This document shows, piece after piece, positions 1 to 15,270 of a stretch of DNA of 63,509 bases. The notes under the pieces are model-generated. The model was not told the DNA's origin. It saw only the letters and a list, made by a program, of their open reading frames with translations, and made no database searches. This DNA comes from Girardia tigrina (taxonomy: Eukaryota), in the NCBI GenBank assembly GCA_001938485.1, contig MQRK01246158.1, positions 60,651 to 124,159 of the forward strand, read 5' to 3'. Numbering within the stretch: position 1 is the first letter of the stretch; each line of letters begins with the position of its first letter. A program made the position numbers and the translations under genes.

Positions 1-29
1 TCTGAAAATTTAAAAATTTAATTTAAAAA

Positions 30-250
30 ACCATTTCTGGATGATGTAATTTCGGATTATTGAATCAAATTTGACTTGAGACTTTCGAAAATTTTATTAA
101 AAAGAGCTTTCCGATTGCGGANNNNNNNNNNNNNGTTTAATGAATCAATTTTGGCTAAAAACTTTTGAAAATTGGCCAGATATATTTTTTATTTTTCGGA
201 TTATGAAGTTTCCGGATTATTGAGGTTCGGATTAATGGGGGTTGACTGTA
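30..250. mobile_element. Right end of a pogo/Tc1-type MITE
   Basis: Repeated subterminal (t/c)cggatta motifs ending ...ggggttgactg followed by TA (249-250), i.e. a CAGT-type terminus at a TA site. Confidence 0.5.
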
Positions 251-1210
251 TTTGTAAGTATTTTTATTTATATCGGTTTAAGATTTATAAAACAAATTGA
301 TTCTCAAAAAGAATAATAAGTTTGTTTAAATATCAGATTTAAACATTTTTGTGTGGTATAATAAAAGTTTTGATGTCAGAAATATCTCATAGTGATAATT
401 CCGACGATGTCCATAGAACCTCTAATAATATCTATTGAACTGGTTTACTATTGCTAGTATATATTCATATCCATTTATAATTCTTTTGAATGGATCACAA
501 AAGTCCATTCATATATTTTATGGAAAGATTCATCCACTGATCGATTTATATGCTTTTTTTTCATTTTGGGAGTTAAATAATTCCTTTTCTGACAATTAGG
601 AAACTTCAAAAAATTTTTTATAAATTCTGGGATATTTTCCATGTCAAAATCATTCCAAAGATAGGCAAATAAACTCTTTTTCTGCTTACATGACACAACA
701 TTTAGTGCATTTCGTCAATAAAATATTTTTTTTTAGTTATATCATTTTTATTGAATTATTTTATATCAATTTTTTATGTTATATCATTGTCTTGTACTGT
801 CCTTTCTGATATTTTCATTTATCTTTTCATTTTATTATTATTCTTCTGTCATTCGAAACTATTTGACTCTTCACTTAATTTCAATATTCTCCTTTTACCT
901 TTTCTTTCTTTGCTTTTTCGTATATTGTTTAACATTGACTTCACAATTCACATTAATTTCTTTACATTGCATCAGAATTTTTAGGTGTTCACATTTTCGA
1001 ATTAAAAATAATTATAATTTTTGAAGTGTCTCAATTTATTATTTTTTAGAGTAGTAACTAAAAACAAATACTTAAATTTAAATACTTAAAAATTTCGTTA
1101 ATCATGAATTAATTAAATATTTATTAATTTAACAAAATTTTTGACAACTATTTTTTTTCTGAAAAGTAAATAATATATTTTTATAAATATTTTATATATA
1201 ATCATTGCAG

Positions 1211-1447
1211 AAAATTATAATCTCTGCTTGTGGGATGGTTGCTCTGGTAATTCTTTTGGTTTTGTTTATAAAATTAAGGAAAAAACGGTGAGTTATAATT
1301 ATTTTAAATATTAAATAAAATACAATGTCTTTTACTTTTAGGTTGAAGTCCTTGCCTGATACAAATAATTATTATTCACAATGTACAGTCGGTACAACAT
1401 TAATTGAGATTAAAGAAACTAACGATACTTATGAAAAAGTGAATTGA
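1211..1447 (+). CDS. LamG/EGF-like receptor family copy A: last two exons (TM + Tyr-motif tail); upstream exons not found in window
   Basis: Exon 1211-1287 (after cag, before GTGAG) encodes KIIISACGMVALVILLVLFIKLRKKR. A 54-nt phase-2 intron follows. Exon 1342-1447 encodes LKSLPDTNNYYSQCTVGTTLIEIKETNDTYEKVN*. Same phase-0 in / phase-2 out TM exon layout as copies B-D. Confidence 0.75.
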
Positions 1448-1529
1448 TTTTAGCAATAGATATTTTTTGTTGTTATTCAATTTTATATGATATTCCTTAA
1501 GAACTGTGTGTTTATTATCAAAAAATAAT

Positions 1530-1880
1530 ATTAGGTTTTCCAAAAAGTTTTAATACACAATATCAAAAAATATTTTGTTGCAACCTATTATTTAAAATAT
1601 AAAACTATTCATCAAAGTATAAGCCATTATTATCCACATCTATTTGCCATGAATATGATAGCTTAAGGATTTGCTCGAAGTACAAATCTGGCTTTTTTGA
1701 ATCAAAGAACGAGTCGCATCCTTCTCCGGCTGGAATATGAATTCTTTCAATGAAACGAAAGATATCATAATCCGATAGACTACACTCTGAAATATGGGGT
1801 GGAAACGATTGTAGATTGATGGACTTTTCCTTAACCTTCACCATCACATGTCTCTTTTGCAGCTTTTCTAGTTGGTAAGT
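1530..1880 (-). mobile_element. Degenerate mariner transposase C-terminus and right TIR
   Basis: ORF 1605-1847: PPHISECSLSDYDIFR corresponds to [16 protein letters not shown], and FFDSK..KL..WQ..VDNNGLYFDE is the mariner C-terminus. TA-TTAGGTT.. TIR-like end at ~1529. Confidence 0.7.
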
Positions 1881-2899
1881 TGTTCCTTCAGTAGTACCGG
1901 ATCAAAATTTGAAGCTCAATTTTGTCAATTTCCATCTTGTATTTTGTTTCGTACATATAAATAAGTAATGTACAAAATATAAAATCTATAAAAATATTAA
2001 TTATTACTAAGTATTAGTATTAGTTTTTTGTAACAGAATGTATTTTTTTCTATGATGTATTATGACTTGACAAACTTAATAATAATATAATTATAACAGT
2101 TTAAATTTTCATGTCGTTAATTAAGATTGTGCTCAATTAAAAAGGAATAATTCTCATTATTTAAAAAAATGTATAACCAAACAAAATTAAACATTTAATT
2201 AAAATAAGTTCTTTATCAAAGTAATCGAAAACAAAATCGACAATAAACAAATTAATAATAAACAAAAGTTAAATCAATATAAAAGTATTCATTTAAAAAC
2301 ATGATGTTTAAATTAAATTAAAAACATAAATTTAAATTTATTAATTATATATAAATTACTTATTATAAATTTTATACCCAAATATTTAAGCTACATTTAT
2401 TCATTAATGTACTTGTCTTAAAGGCATACAAAGTCACAAAGTTTGAACATGAAATAACATCGTCGATTCCACTAATTGCTTCAACATCATTGAACCATGC
2501 TCGTTGACGCTCTTCCAAATGAAGCGATCTGTTCAGTGTTTGACTCATCACATCTCTTATTATTAATGTTCACTGTGAGGATCTGGCACACTCTGAAAAT
2601 TTTTGTATATTTGGAATAAGAAAATATCTAAAATCAAAAGTTTTAAAAAGAATATATTTAAAAATATCTCTAATAAATTAAAAAAAATAATTCTCAAAAA
2701 TAATTTAATGAAATTTTATTTGCTAAAAATGTAAGTTTGAAATTCTTTGTTAAATACTTGATTTTTAAAAGTACTTGATTCTTTTTAAAAAAAATAAAGT
2801 TTTGCGTTTTAATGAATTCCATTCTTGATCAAGAACTCAACATGGCAAGACAATATCAAATGTTTTATAGCGGCTTGCTCAAGGTATTCTAAAGTAGCT

Positions 2900-3840
2900 A
2901 AAATATCAGAAAATATCCAAGAGATATTGGTAATTTGGTGTATTACTCCTTGAGTTTCAGCCTGTATATGAGAGAGTATCAGCAGATATTGAAGGATACG
3001 AAGCTCGACTGCGAGAGGCTTTCCAGAAAAAAAGCACTTTAATGGAAGACTTGGAAGAGGCGATAAACTTCGAAAGGAGAGAAGATGTTTACCGTTTCCG
3101 GTCGGGGAAACTCCGCTATGGCCTTAATATGTCAACGGTCCGATGCCGTCATGTGATAAAATATGGCCTAAAAATTCTACTCTTGGCTGGAAGAACTTTC
3201 ATTTGGCAAGTTTCAGTTTTAAGTGATTATCATTGAGTATCAATAACATATCTGAAAGATCTTGTTCGTAAGTTGACTCATCCGGAGATGCAATGACGAT
3301 ATCATCAATACTAGCTGCAATCCATTAAGGACGATGTCAATATGTCTCTGAAAGGTCTGCGAAGCGTTTTATAGGCCTTATGGCTACCGTAGATATTTTA
3401 AAAGACAAATAGTGTGATAATTGCTGTTTTTAGTATTGAACTCTCCTCAACTGGAATCTGGTAGTACGATTTGGCCAAGTTTAATGATTAATGTATTTGC
3501 ATCCACAGAACACTGCAAAATATCGGTCATGAGGGGCATATGGTATGAATCAGGTGTCGTCACCCTGTTTAATCCTCTGTAATTGCCACAGATGCATAAG
3601 GTTCCGTCCTTCTTGGTCATGATACGATCATAATTCTTAGGATACGAAGTATGAAGAGTCTCGAGATTAAGATTGATCTCGATAATAATGGTGTTAATAG
3701 TAGAGTAAATTTCATTCCATTTGTTTCGAAGGTGAATGCGGATACAACAGTCCCTACAAATCAGTTAAACTGAAAGGGCACTTTTTGAGGAGTTGGAACC
3801 AGTATGTACCCTATGAGACTCAGACTGTAGCATAACTTTT
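2900..3840 (-). mobile_element. Ty3/gypsy reverse transcriptase remnant
   Basis: Broken frames give KKDGTLCICGNYRGLNRVTTPDSYHMP, LAKSYYQIPV, KTAIIT, NASQTFQRHID and IDDIVIAS. Confidence 0.85.
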
Positions 3841-4200
3841 TGTTAAAAAATAATCAAATAAAAATATATTAATCAGTCATCCAGGTGGACAAGACACAAA
3901 TCTATAAAACATACAAATATACACCTCAACAATTACAGCACATATTCAAGTGCGACTTAACTATTTGATCAGCGTGGATATGGACATGTGATTCAGGGAA
4001 AGCTCATTGTATAGATAATTGTACATTTTGCTGAGAAAAGATTGCTGCATGTGTACATAATTTTTGATGTAGCATAAAGATAATAAAAACAAAAAAAAAA
4101 GAAAAAAAAGGATACTAACAATGTCACCACAAAAAATGATATGAAATTGCCAAATAAATGATAAAAGAAGATTAAGAAAAATGAAGAAGCCCAAGATGAT

Positions 4201-4400
4201 TGTGAGGAATGTTTTGAATTGTGTATTGATATTGTGCATGTAGAATGTTGATTCGGATTGTGCCTCTCCTACACAGATGGATGATTGATATTTTCTTTGA
4301 TTCTTACTAATTAAAAATAATTTAATTTAATTTTAAAGTAAAATGATTTAAAATAATTTTTGAATGTATTATTTATTTTTTTAATGTAATTTAATTTTAA
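4201..4400 (+). repeat. Dispersed TGTGAGGAAT...CAGATGG repeat (element terminus)
   Basis: About 200 bp similar to 9872-10080. Related copies at 5292-5406 (+) and, inverted, at 16071-16187, 20115-20226, 24456-24553 and weakly 3866-3950. Confidence 0.7.
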
Positions 4401-4809
4401 CCAATTAGATTCTTTATAATTAAATAATTTTTATTAACAGATTTTCATTTATTGAAAATAATTAGTTTGAACTCAGAAAAAATTGATCAAGAGAGATGTC
4501 AAATAGTGAATGCGCTTGTAATATTAATAAATGTTGTAAACCTCATATTGATGTTGTTAATAATGATAAACGGTTTATCATCAAGGATGAAATAGTCTAT
4601 ACTGTCGATGGAAAGATATGAGTGCGGAAAAGACATGGATCAAAAACACGAAAATGAGAATAAAAAATTTGTTTAACATGTGTTTCTGAAAAATGTTCTT
4701 TTTATATTTTTCCGAAAATTATTCTTTATTGTATGACGATATAACCATAACGAACAATTCCCAATTTTAATAATTGATAGTAAAAAGACTTCAGATCAAT
4801 TAGTCTAAA

Positions 4810-5120
4810 AATAAATTGATCTAAAACAAAACAATCAACATAACAATAAGTTAAATTAAAACTATTATCGTTTACATTAATTATAAATTTATGATTTTAC
4901 TAAATCTTAATATTTATGTTCAAACATAACAAAAATAAAATGTAACTAAATTATCAAAAATAGACTTTTGAAAACTATTTAGTTATTTGTAATTGAGTGT
5001 CTCTCCTTTATTATTACCATATTTCGGTTTTATTACAGTTTATTCTTTGTCGGATTATTTACAATTTTAATTTAACTTATTGGTACATTGATTGTTTTGT
5101 TTTAGACCAATTGGTCGTCT
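4810..5120. mobile_element. MITE-like inverted-repeat element
   Basis: aattgatctaaaacaaaacaatcaacataacaataagttaaattaaaa (~4815) is mirrored by ttttaatttaacttattggtacattgattgttttgttttagaccaatt (~5065-5112). Confidence 0.6.
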
Positions 5121-5408
5121 CTCAGTAAAATATTTCAAATATTTATTATCGAAAAAAGATAAAAAAAACTTTCATTATTTTGTGAAAATTTATTATTTTT
5201 ATCTTATTATTATATAAAATATTTTTCATTGTTCAATGGTACAACAATGCACACTTCTAAATGAACATGACCATCATACATAAAGTACTTGTGTGAGGAA
5301 TAATTTAAATTGCTTGAATGTGTAAATGTAGTGATGCTGTATGTTGATTTAAGTATGTTGAATTTAGAATGGTGATTCTCCCGCCCAGATGGAAATTGGT
5401 ATTTTTTA

Positions 5409-5820
5409 TTTATTAATATGGCAAAAAAGTTTTTTCCATTACTCCTCTGTATTTCTAATTTCTAAATAAAACAAAAGAAAACAACAAATATATATTTCTA
5501 CACAACTGAATAACAGTATAACCATTACAACAAATAACATTTTCAGCATGTGTAAAAAAGTTTATCAAATTCATGTGAAAGTTTTTCTCGTGAGAGATTC
5601 CTCATAATATCACTGACCGCTTGTTTTTACCGACAACCTTTTAAATCCAATATGAAAAGTGATCATATGACACAAATTAATATGTATATATATCGATTGA
5701 TTTTTTTGCCAAAAAATATTTATAAACATGAATTAACAAAAAATAGCATTAGAATGGTAATTTTCTTTCTTATTTAGAAGTGGAGAGTAACGGAAAAAAC
5801 TTTCTTGTCATGTTAATAAA
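5409..5820. mobile_element. MITE-like inverted-repeat element
   Basis: tttattaatatggcaaaaaagttttttccattactc (~5410) is mirrored by gagtaacggaaaaaactttcttgtcatgttaataaa (~5785-5820). Confidence 0.55.
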
Positions 5821-5950
5821 TTTAAAGTGATTGACTATTCGAACATAATTAAAATAATCATTTTATAAGTTCATTTTTTTAATTTCACAATTAAAATTAT
5901 GTTTAATATTTTTTGGTAAAATTTAAATTAAATGCATTTTTAATAATTTG

Positions 5951-8900
5951 ATGACATTTTTATTATTTTGGGATTTATTGAGAAATGGTAAAATTTATTA
6001 TTTTTAATTAATATTAATTAATATATTTAAAAAAAATGACTTAGAAAAATTTTTCGAATAATCATGATTAAAAATAAAAATAAGAAAACAAATTAGAAGG
6101 ATGACAAACGACGAAAGACTTTCTGAGAGTCATAATGATTCAAAATGTGAGTGTAATAAAAGTTTAAACGAGACTTTTCTAAATGTTCTAAATAACTTGG
6201 ATGAAGCATTCTTTAAAAAAAGAATATTTCACGACGTCCGCCTTAAATTATATTAGAATCCAGAGATATAACTAAAAATAAATGTAAATAATAATAAATG
6301 GAAATACATATTCCAACAATGCAATGACTAATGATAAACAGGCTAATAAACAACAATAATCTACAGAACGTATTTGATAAACAACTTCACACACGATTTT
6401 ATAACAATAAACGATTAATAAATCATATTTTCGCAATAACTTTATGAATTATTTATTATTTTTAACACTTGCGCTAAGTACGTCTTTTTTATATTTGATA
6501 AAATTCTTATAATAAAAACAATATTAATAATATATTAACGAATAAATATAATTTTATCCTTATTATATATATATAATCATATTATTATATTTTTAAATAT
6601 TAAATATTTAATTGAATGTTTTAATTTTAATTTCAGTTTTCATAAAATTATTTAATTCTTCGCCTGAAAATTATGTTTATAAAGATTTCGATGGACACTT
6701 CACAGTCATGGGAGATATAAATTTCACAGTCTATATTAAATCTTTCAAGGGGTTGATCTTATACTGCTTTGAGAGGAACAAAAAGTTGGTTATTGAACTT
6801 GATAACAACAATAATCAAAGTACAATTGTAATAAAACTTAATAATTTATTTTTTACAACATCATTGAAAAATGTATCTTCAAGTAAATTTGTATCATGAG
6901 TCTACAGGAATATTAGTTTGTAACACAGACGATTGTATGGTTGGATCATATATGAAGCTCACATTTATTTTACAACTGAACCGATCAGAAGTTCTAATTA
7001 TTTGCAATAGAAGATCAAATATACTGAAAATCAGCAATAATATTAATTCAAGTAAAATTTCTGTATATTTATGTTTAAAATCACACAAAAATTATTTTTT
7101 GTAAATATTTGATTAGAAAAAAATAATCAAAATATAATACATTATTGATAACATTATTGTTTTCTAGAAAGTCAACCTGACCTTTATACATTAATCTTTC
7201 TGAAATGTATAGACATTGAATCTGGAGGAAATTATATGAGTGAAAGCTTAGATTTGATAGAAATATAAAAAATAATAAATATTTCTATTTTAAGCTCAAT
7301 TATTTTTCTTTACATTACAGTACATTATTACATCAGGAGATGGTCACTGTCTCGTAGATTAAAATGCAAAAAAAAACTATTATTTCTAGTTAGCAACAAT
7401 GGAAATATAAAAGGAATTGAATATTATCATACGACTATTGTTGAGTCTTGTAAACGCAAACTTGATATTTTTGAAAAATACTTTTGTTAAAGTTTCTTTA
7501 AGAAATTGGGTATTGATCATGTCTCGAATTTCCTCTTTCATCATCAGCAATTATAATGTAATATGCAAGATAATCAGATGTAAATTAACGGGAAATCGTA
7601 TCAGTAAATATAATTTTTTTAAGAATTTTTTTTGAATTTTAATTGCAAAATTTTTTTTTACTTTAATTAAAGATTTTATGAGTTGAGACTTTGCCAATTT
7701 TAAATATTAATTCATGAGTAATTAGTACTTAATTAATTAGTGCTTAATCACACAATAGTCTCTGATAATGTGAATCAAAGTCCTTCTGCAAAATAGAAAA
7801 TTCATTATTTGAAATAGAATAGATTCTAATTTAAAAAAATATTTTTGTTTAAATATTGACATATTTTGTAAATGTATTTTGGCTAATAAAATTTTCTTTC
7901 AACAAATAAGTGTTCTCTATTAATTTCTAATGATTGATTTTTACTGCGACTTGATGATTCCGCAAAACGGTCGCCACTTCAGCAACCAATAATCAGGAAA
8001 ATCGATCAACCAATCGAGCAACCAATAAAAAAAGTTGATCAAATTGAATAGGAATGCTCACTAAACTGGGTTTTGAAATAACGATTTGTTTCTCCAATGT
8101 GAACCTCTCTCCTTCTTTCAGGTATTAAGACTATAGTCTTTAATGAAGGACCTGGGACACTGATGGGGCCTTCATATCACTTACCCAATATGTTTATCTA
8201 CATAGTACTGTTCCGCTGGGTAACTGGCATCACTGAAACACTGCTCATCAAGATTGATTCATCGAGACTCATTGTGTTGCTATTTTACTGTCGACTGCAG
8301 GGTCACTACTTCCTACAGCCTTCACATCAGATTTGCAGCTGGGCTTTCAAGTAAATGGTTGTTAGTCACGTTACGAATACGATCACTGTTGGTTTTTAAT
8401 TAGCGAACGGCAAAGCATCTGACACTTTAGCCTAGAGTCGAACTTTAGTTTACCAGGGACACCACTTGGAGATACCTATAGCTGGCTTGCACAGATTGCC
8501 TAAGCAACTGATCTCTTTCTCGAATATATGAATTTTAGACCAAAGAATATTAAACTTATAGACAGATTAGCTTGCAATGGTTACATCGTTTTCGATTTAT
8601 TTTAGATGAAGCTTTGAAATTTGTATGTCATTAAAAAAATTTTGGAACTACCTACATATGCTCTTCTTCAATGCTTAAAATCCTTTAGAATTTAGTATTT
8701 TGATTAATTGTATGGGCTTTTTAATGTTTTTTCCTTTATTTCTTTCTTTTACCGCATTTGTTTACATAATTTGTCTTATGTGTCCTTATGTTGTGAATAT
8801 ATCTGTTTGATTGTATACATAATGTCTTTCAAACTTCCCTTCAGAATATTATAACCATGGCCTGCAATTTCAACATTGGATTTCAATACTTCAGATTAGT

Positions 8901-11900
8901 GGGCATTTCCAATGGGGATAATTAAGGTTCTTGATCATGAGTTACAATATAAAAATAGAATCTCTTCTATTTCAAATGATGATTTTTCTGTTTTACTGAG
9001 AGATTTTGATTCACATTAAGAGAGACATTCTGTGAATCACTATTGATTCACTACATTTCATAATTAATAATTAGAATTTAAAAATTTTATAAATTTTATA
9101 TAATTAATATTAAAAAAAACGAAACATACAAACATATTAAACAATTTAAAAATAATAATTTAGCGCCGATGATAAAAAAATTTAATTAGTTTTCTTAAAA
9201 AAATATTCAACAATCGGATAATAAAACAGATGCCAAATAGAAGAGTTTCAGATTAAAGAGACTTGTCTCTTATCATTAAGTTATAAAAGAATAATTATCA
9301 GAAGAAGTTTGTAACCTTTGTGAGTGGTAAATTTATTCTTGAAGAATTCTTGAAAATTTTAAAATAAATAAACATTATTCAAATTTATTTTTGTTTTTTT
9401 AACCTTCAGAACAATTTGGATCATTTCCAATTCCGTTTTCTTATGATGAAAATAAGGATCAGTCATTTATCTGGATGGGAAATATTGGAAAATATATTGG
9501 GTATAATCAAATGATTTATTTACCTTTCAAAGACCATTTAGATGGTTGTTTGGATTCTTTCTACTTTAATGGACGTTTAATAAGCATAAAGAATAGAGGA
9601 AAAAGGTTTTTATCATCTTGTGATATTTTCTATCAAGAAACAGTGATTGGAAAAAATATTAAAAAATATCAAGCAGTTTCGTATAAAATGTTTGACTGTT
9701 CATTGGATTCATTGAATTGGAAATATTGTAAAAGTGGTGAGTTTCTGTAAATAAATATTAAAAAAGGTTAAGTTAAGTCATTGAAATACCATAAATATTG
9801 ATTTAAGGATTTATAGTTTTATAAAAGTTTTATCTAACTTTCTGTTGTTTTGGAAAAATAAATATTATTATTGTGAGGAATGTTCTGATTTTCTTGTTGT
9901 TTTATATTGTGCCTGTGTATGTTGATTTGGATTGTGTCTCTCCTACCAAAATGGCTGATTGGTATTTTTTTGATTCTTACTATTTAAAAATAATTTATTT
10001 TAATTTTTAAGTACAAATATTTAAAATATTTTTCAAGTGTAATATTTAATTTTTTATGTATTTAAAAATTTTAATTTCAAGCTTCCAGGAAAGCTTGGAT
10101 TCCCCGGACTATGATGTTCCTCAAATCGCCAGGAGAATGCCCATGGCGAAGAAGTAGATGGTTCTTTGGGCTGCCAACTTCGACGATCTTTATTCTTTCA
10201 ACTTAATGCCTAGCAATACCACGGTGACGTCACATGTGTACATAACATTCCTACAAGACGCCTTCAATTCATTTAACACCAACCAGCTGCGATAGCAAGA
10301 AAAGTCGTCTTATGGGAAAATGAAACGCTGATTCATGACAATGTGCTAGTCCATGTATTTAGGGCAACTACCACTTTTCTGGAGACAAAACGTTGCCATT
10401 GTCTTGACCAACCCCCATACTCTCCCGACACTAACATTTGCGACCGCCTCATATTCCCTCTCCTGAAAATGCGTCGCACAAATATCGTCTTCATTGATTC
10501 TCATTCCTTGATACCGTCCTAGAAGATTACAAGGAGAGTATGAGTAGTGAGATCATGAGACATGAGTTTGATAAACTGAAACTACTTCCAACTGATAATT
10601 CAGCATCACATTAATTTTGTGTAATTAAATTGTTGAATGTAATTGGTGCAAAGTTATTTCTCTATTATCTGGATTTGTAAAAACGACATTTTTTAAGGAC
10701 AATCTGTAGTTGAGACGTTTATTTTTAAAGTGGTCTAAATTCATTCAAAACTCAAATTGAGATATTCATTTCAAAGCAATGAAAGATAAACGTAATATGA
10801 AAACTTATGTAACCAAATTTTTTTTCTATTTGGAATATGTGTAAACAGTAATACTTTATATATAAATTACTTGAGGCTGTACATGTTAACACTGACAACC
10901 TGAAATAATTGAAATATTGACTTAGGCTATGTTAGAAGACAAAAGATCTGCACTAAAATATATTTAAATAAACTAAATCACAAACACACATACATCAGTT
11001 ATATACAGAATAAATGGAGAGTCAGAGGTTAACTCTGCTCTCGACCCCGTAATTGTTATATAATACAAATTTAGAATTATTCTACATTTGGTGATTGTGT
11101 AATATTTCATTTAATTAATTTAAATTTAATTCTATAATATCTCACAGGCTACTTTCAAAATAAACGGCACAAATAATAATTATTTATTGTTCTCGAATAC
11201 ATAATGCATTCTTAAACTCTTAGAATTGATTGATTATTCGAATCTGAAACATACTTATTCCTTTAATAATGATAACGAACGTATTCGCGTTATTAAATTA
11301 GAATGGAAACTAAATGACTTTGGAAATTCAGTCAAAAACGTGATGGATTATTGTATATTGGAAATGAGGATGAAGTGGAATTTGTTTATTATACGCCTTT
11401 TAAATAAATAACCCTTTTTGTAGCAATATTATTTTACAAGTTCAAATAACAAGGTTTAGCGACCTGATTGTTCGTTCTTTGGATATCGAATCAAACAAAT
11501 ATAATAACATATTAAACATAAAAATGTTATCGAAAGTGAACAATATTTTGTTGATTTATCCGACTAGTGAAAATATCACCTTTAAGGTAATTTAAAAAAA
11601 ATATTTTTAAACATTTTGTGTTTCATTTTGACTTATTTTAGATTTGTAATGGAAAAAGTTTGACGACATTTACCACTTTTTTCACAGAAGATATTAATTT
11701 GATCAACGTTGGATTCTTTCATCATTCGACAATGTGTCGCGAGTTCCAAGGAGAAATGAGTAAATACATATTATTAAATATTTTTTTTTAATTTATTTAT
11801 ATTCAGATATCAATTTCGACATCCTTTGTAGAAATTCCACAAGTCGTGCGATTACAATTATTTCAAAAAGTGTTCAACAATTTCCAAAGAGAAAAATACT

Positions 11901-14900
11901 GAAGATATCTGTAATGGTACAACTAATTTTGTTAAGTAGAACCTTCATAATAATAATAATAATAACAAAAATAAAAAGAAGAAGATTATTAGTAATAATC
12001 TTAGTCTGTTTTTTACTTATTCTAGTCTTGTAGTTTTATTCATTAGGTCTAATGTACATTGAGACCTTTAATATATTTAAATGGATTCGTCATCGATTTA
12101 AAGAATTAGTAATCATTTATAACAATAGAATCTACTTTAATATCATAAATAAAACAAATAATACCTTTATGAATGATGTTCGGAAATATATTTGAAAAAT
12201 TGACTAATATTTTACTGTTAAATAAAATAAAAATAATTTTCTTTGAAATAGTTTTTAAGATCCATAAATAAATATACATATAATTTTGATAAAATGCTTT
12301 ATTAATTGTGAAAATTACCTAGAGTTCGAATTTGGAACTAGAGGTTGTTTCCACTATCGGAATAAAATTAAATATGAAATAATATTTATAATATATGTAA
12401 TTTAAAATCAAAGATATAACAAGGGAAAAGAAGATAAAAAAACAAATCACAATAAAATAATGGCAGGTGATAATAATAAAAAAGTTACTTGGAATTGACG
12501 GGATCTGCCCTTGGATAATTAAGTTCTTTTAATTCGGATAGAGTGGTTTCACAAACTGACAATGACAACAATTTTTAGTTATTCGGATATAGTAATTTCA
12601 CAATCGGACGACGACAAAATTTTTCTATTATTCGGTTATAGTGGTTTCACAAACGGACAACGACCAAAATTTTCAGTTATTTGAATATAGCGATTTTTTG
12701 ATCGGACGACGACAATTTCTTCAATTGATAAAAAAATGATTGATAAAGAACGGTTAATTGCGAAATCACACAAAATACAAATTGTAAAAACAAAATAAAT
12801 GAAACATACGACAAACAGTCATAATCATCATAATTTCTATTTTTAAATCGATGATTAATGATTCATTTAATTTTTTAATTTTAATTCAAATTTTAACTTG
12901 ACTACTTTATGTAGTCAAGCAAAATATATATAATAATAATAATTAAAATAATACAGAATTTATACATTAATGAAACATTGGATGACACTAGCAGCACACC
13001 ATACAAGTATTGGGAAGTTTATTAATGTAATTAAGGATGATGGAAGCTAAAATGAACTCAGAATATCTCAGTAAAATGCAGGATTTTCAAGGCCCAGTTC
13101 AAATTTCAGTTTTGAAAGAATTAATTGCAGAATCAAGAGATTGTTTCGATGTTGTTTCAAAATTGTGATGAAATTTTGGTGAAAGTCATTTCGATAAAAG
13201 TAATACAAGCCGTAATACAACGTTTCGGGAAAAATGAGCTCATAAGGGAGCGCCTTTTTTAGAGAAAATAAATGCCATTTCGAGAGGCTCAATTCCTCTC
13301 GTCTTTCATCACCAATGGGGATATGAAATTGAAAACGTTTCCTGAAAAAATTGTGCCTACTTTGTTTTTGATTTCCTCGACATGATCAATTGAAATCAAT
13401 CGAATATTTCATGTGTTGCATTTCAAAAAAATGATCATTTTTAAAACCAACATTCAAATTGATCTGTTTTTATGATCTATAAAATTTATCAATAAAAAAC
13501 TCAAAATAAAGATCAGATTCGTTGAAATGTTAATCATTACGTTAATTTTATTTTAGTAATCATCATCAGAATTGATCAATGAATCTGATTAACTTCTCCA
13601 AGTCAAATCGAAATCTAATTGTTAAAAATACATTTATTTGAAAACACGCAATATTTTTATATCAAAAGTAAAAAACGAAAACAAATCTTCTGAAATGCTT
13701 TTTTTCTCATTCACAATACTCTATTCTATCCGGCTCCCGACTGCTCAATTTTCGTAATCACTTCTAATCGAAGGCCCCGCTCTGTCGTTGGCCCGTCCTC
13801 TGAAAGTTGGCCAGTTCTCCGGTTCGCAACCAGAGTGTAAGGGCACGCTTGTTCACTAGTAGTTTCCGCTGGTTTCGGAAACTGTGCTTACTCGAAAGAT
13901 TAAAATAAAATAAACGATCAAGTGTCGACCAAAATCAAGAACGAGAACTAAGTTTGATTCGCTGAAGACATTATATTAATTTCCAAAAGAAATAACGATC
14001 GTATTTGTTTATTAACATTTATTAGTTCCAATTATACACTTATTTGTGTCATCTTGTTTGTAACGTTTAAACAAGCGTCTTTATTCGAAATATTTTAAAT
14101 ATTATTATAAAATCCTTGTAATTGTTCTAACAGAATCGTTTATAATATTAATCAAGGTTCCTGGATATTTGATGTATGTGAGTAAATTTCTCAAATTAAC
14201 CGTTAAAAAGACTTCTTGCATTGGAATTACTTCTTCATCGTAGCACTTCTTTCCATGAGAAAATTACTGTTTTCTATGGCCGTAATTAAATTCTTATGAA
14301 AGTCTTTGATAAGGCAGAGAATCTTGTCGGTTAGGTTGAATCTTGTTAAGCAAGCCAATTGAACTTTCGCAGGACAAGTGCATAATTTTATATCTATGGA
14401 GATTGTTGGAGTTACTTTTGGTGAACTTTAAATTTTTGATATTTTTTAAAAATCATATTTATATTTTAGATAAATTAAAAATAATGTTCGACTAATTAAA
14501 ATGAAGTAAGTTTTGTAAAAATTTTAGAGTAATGATAATATTTTAATTAAATTAAGACAAATTTTTATAAAAATTAAGTTTTAAAAATTCACAATTAAAA
14601 TATCATCTTCGAAGTTAAAGAATATTGAAAGAAGATTTTGATATATTTTGTAACATTATTTAAAATAAAATTAGAATTTTATTGTACACGGAAAGTTTTA
14701 TTAAAAAAATAATTTAAAATGTAATGATTTAAAATTAAAAAAAATTATTTAGGAATTGAATTTTTTACAGGATATGCCATTAAAATATTTCTAAAGATCT
14801 AAATTTCTAAACATTGTAAAAAAATAATTAAACAGAAACAAAATAAGATTTATGCAACATTAAGAACACCAATTTGATTTTTTATATTTTTATTTAAACA

Positions 14901-15227
14901 ACAATTTTGATTGTCCTCAAGACAATCTTTATCAAAACTTTCGTACATTTGCATTCAAAGCGAAATTGATTAATGGTTTAATTCTCATTACTTTTTTAGA
15001 AAATGGGGAACTAAATATTTAAATAAGATATTCACTCAAAACTTATTGGATAATAATTAAAATGATAATTAATTATTTAAAAAATATTACTTTGATTTAT
15101 TTATTAAATATTATAAAAATTATATTATTTAAATTATATTATATTATATTATATTATTTATATTATTTAACTTATTTAAAATTTTAAAATTATATGGAAT
15201 TAAAAATAAATTTAAACAATAAATTTA

Positions 15228-15270
<43 letters not shown>

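Noticed and set aside
751-1024. Hydrophobic ORFs here and at 3961-4239 and 40192-40480 as membrane proteins
   Set aside because: Low-complexity T-rich sequence yields F/L/I-rich translations by chance; no motifs or splice support.
12532-12720. CRISPR-like array
   Set aside because: Whole units are similar with no unique spacers, there are no cas genes, and the context is eukaryotic.
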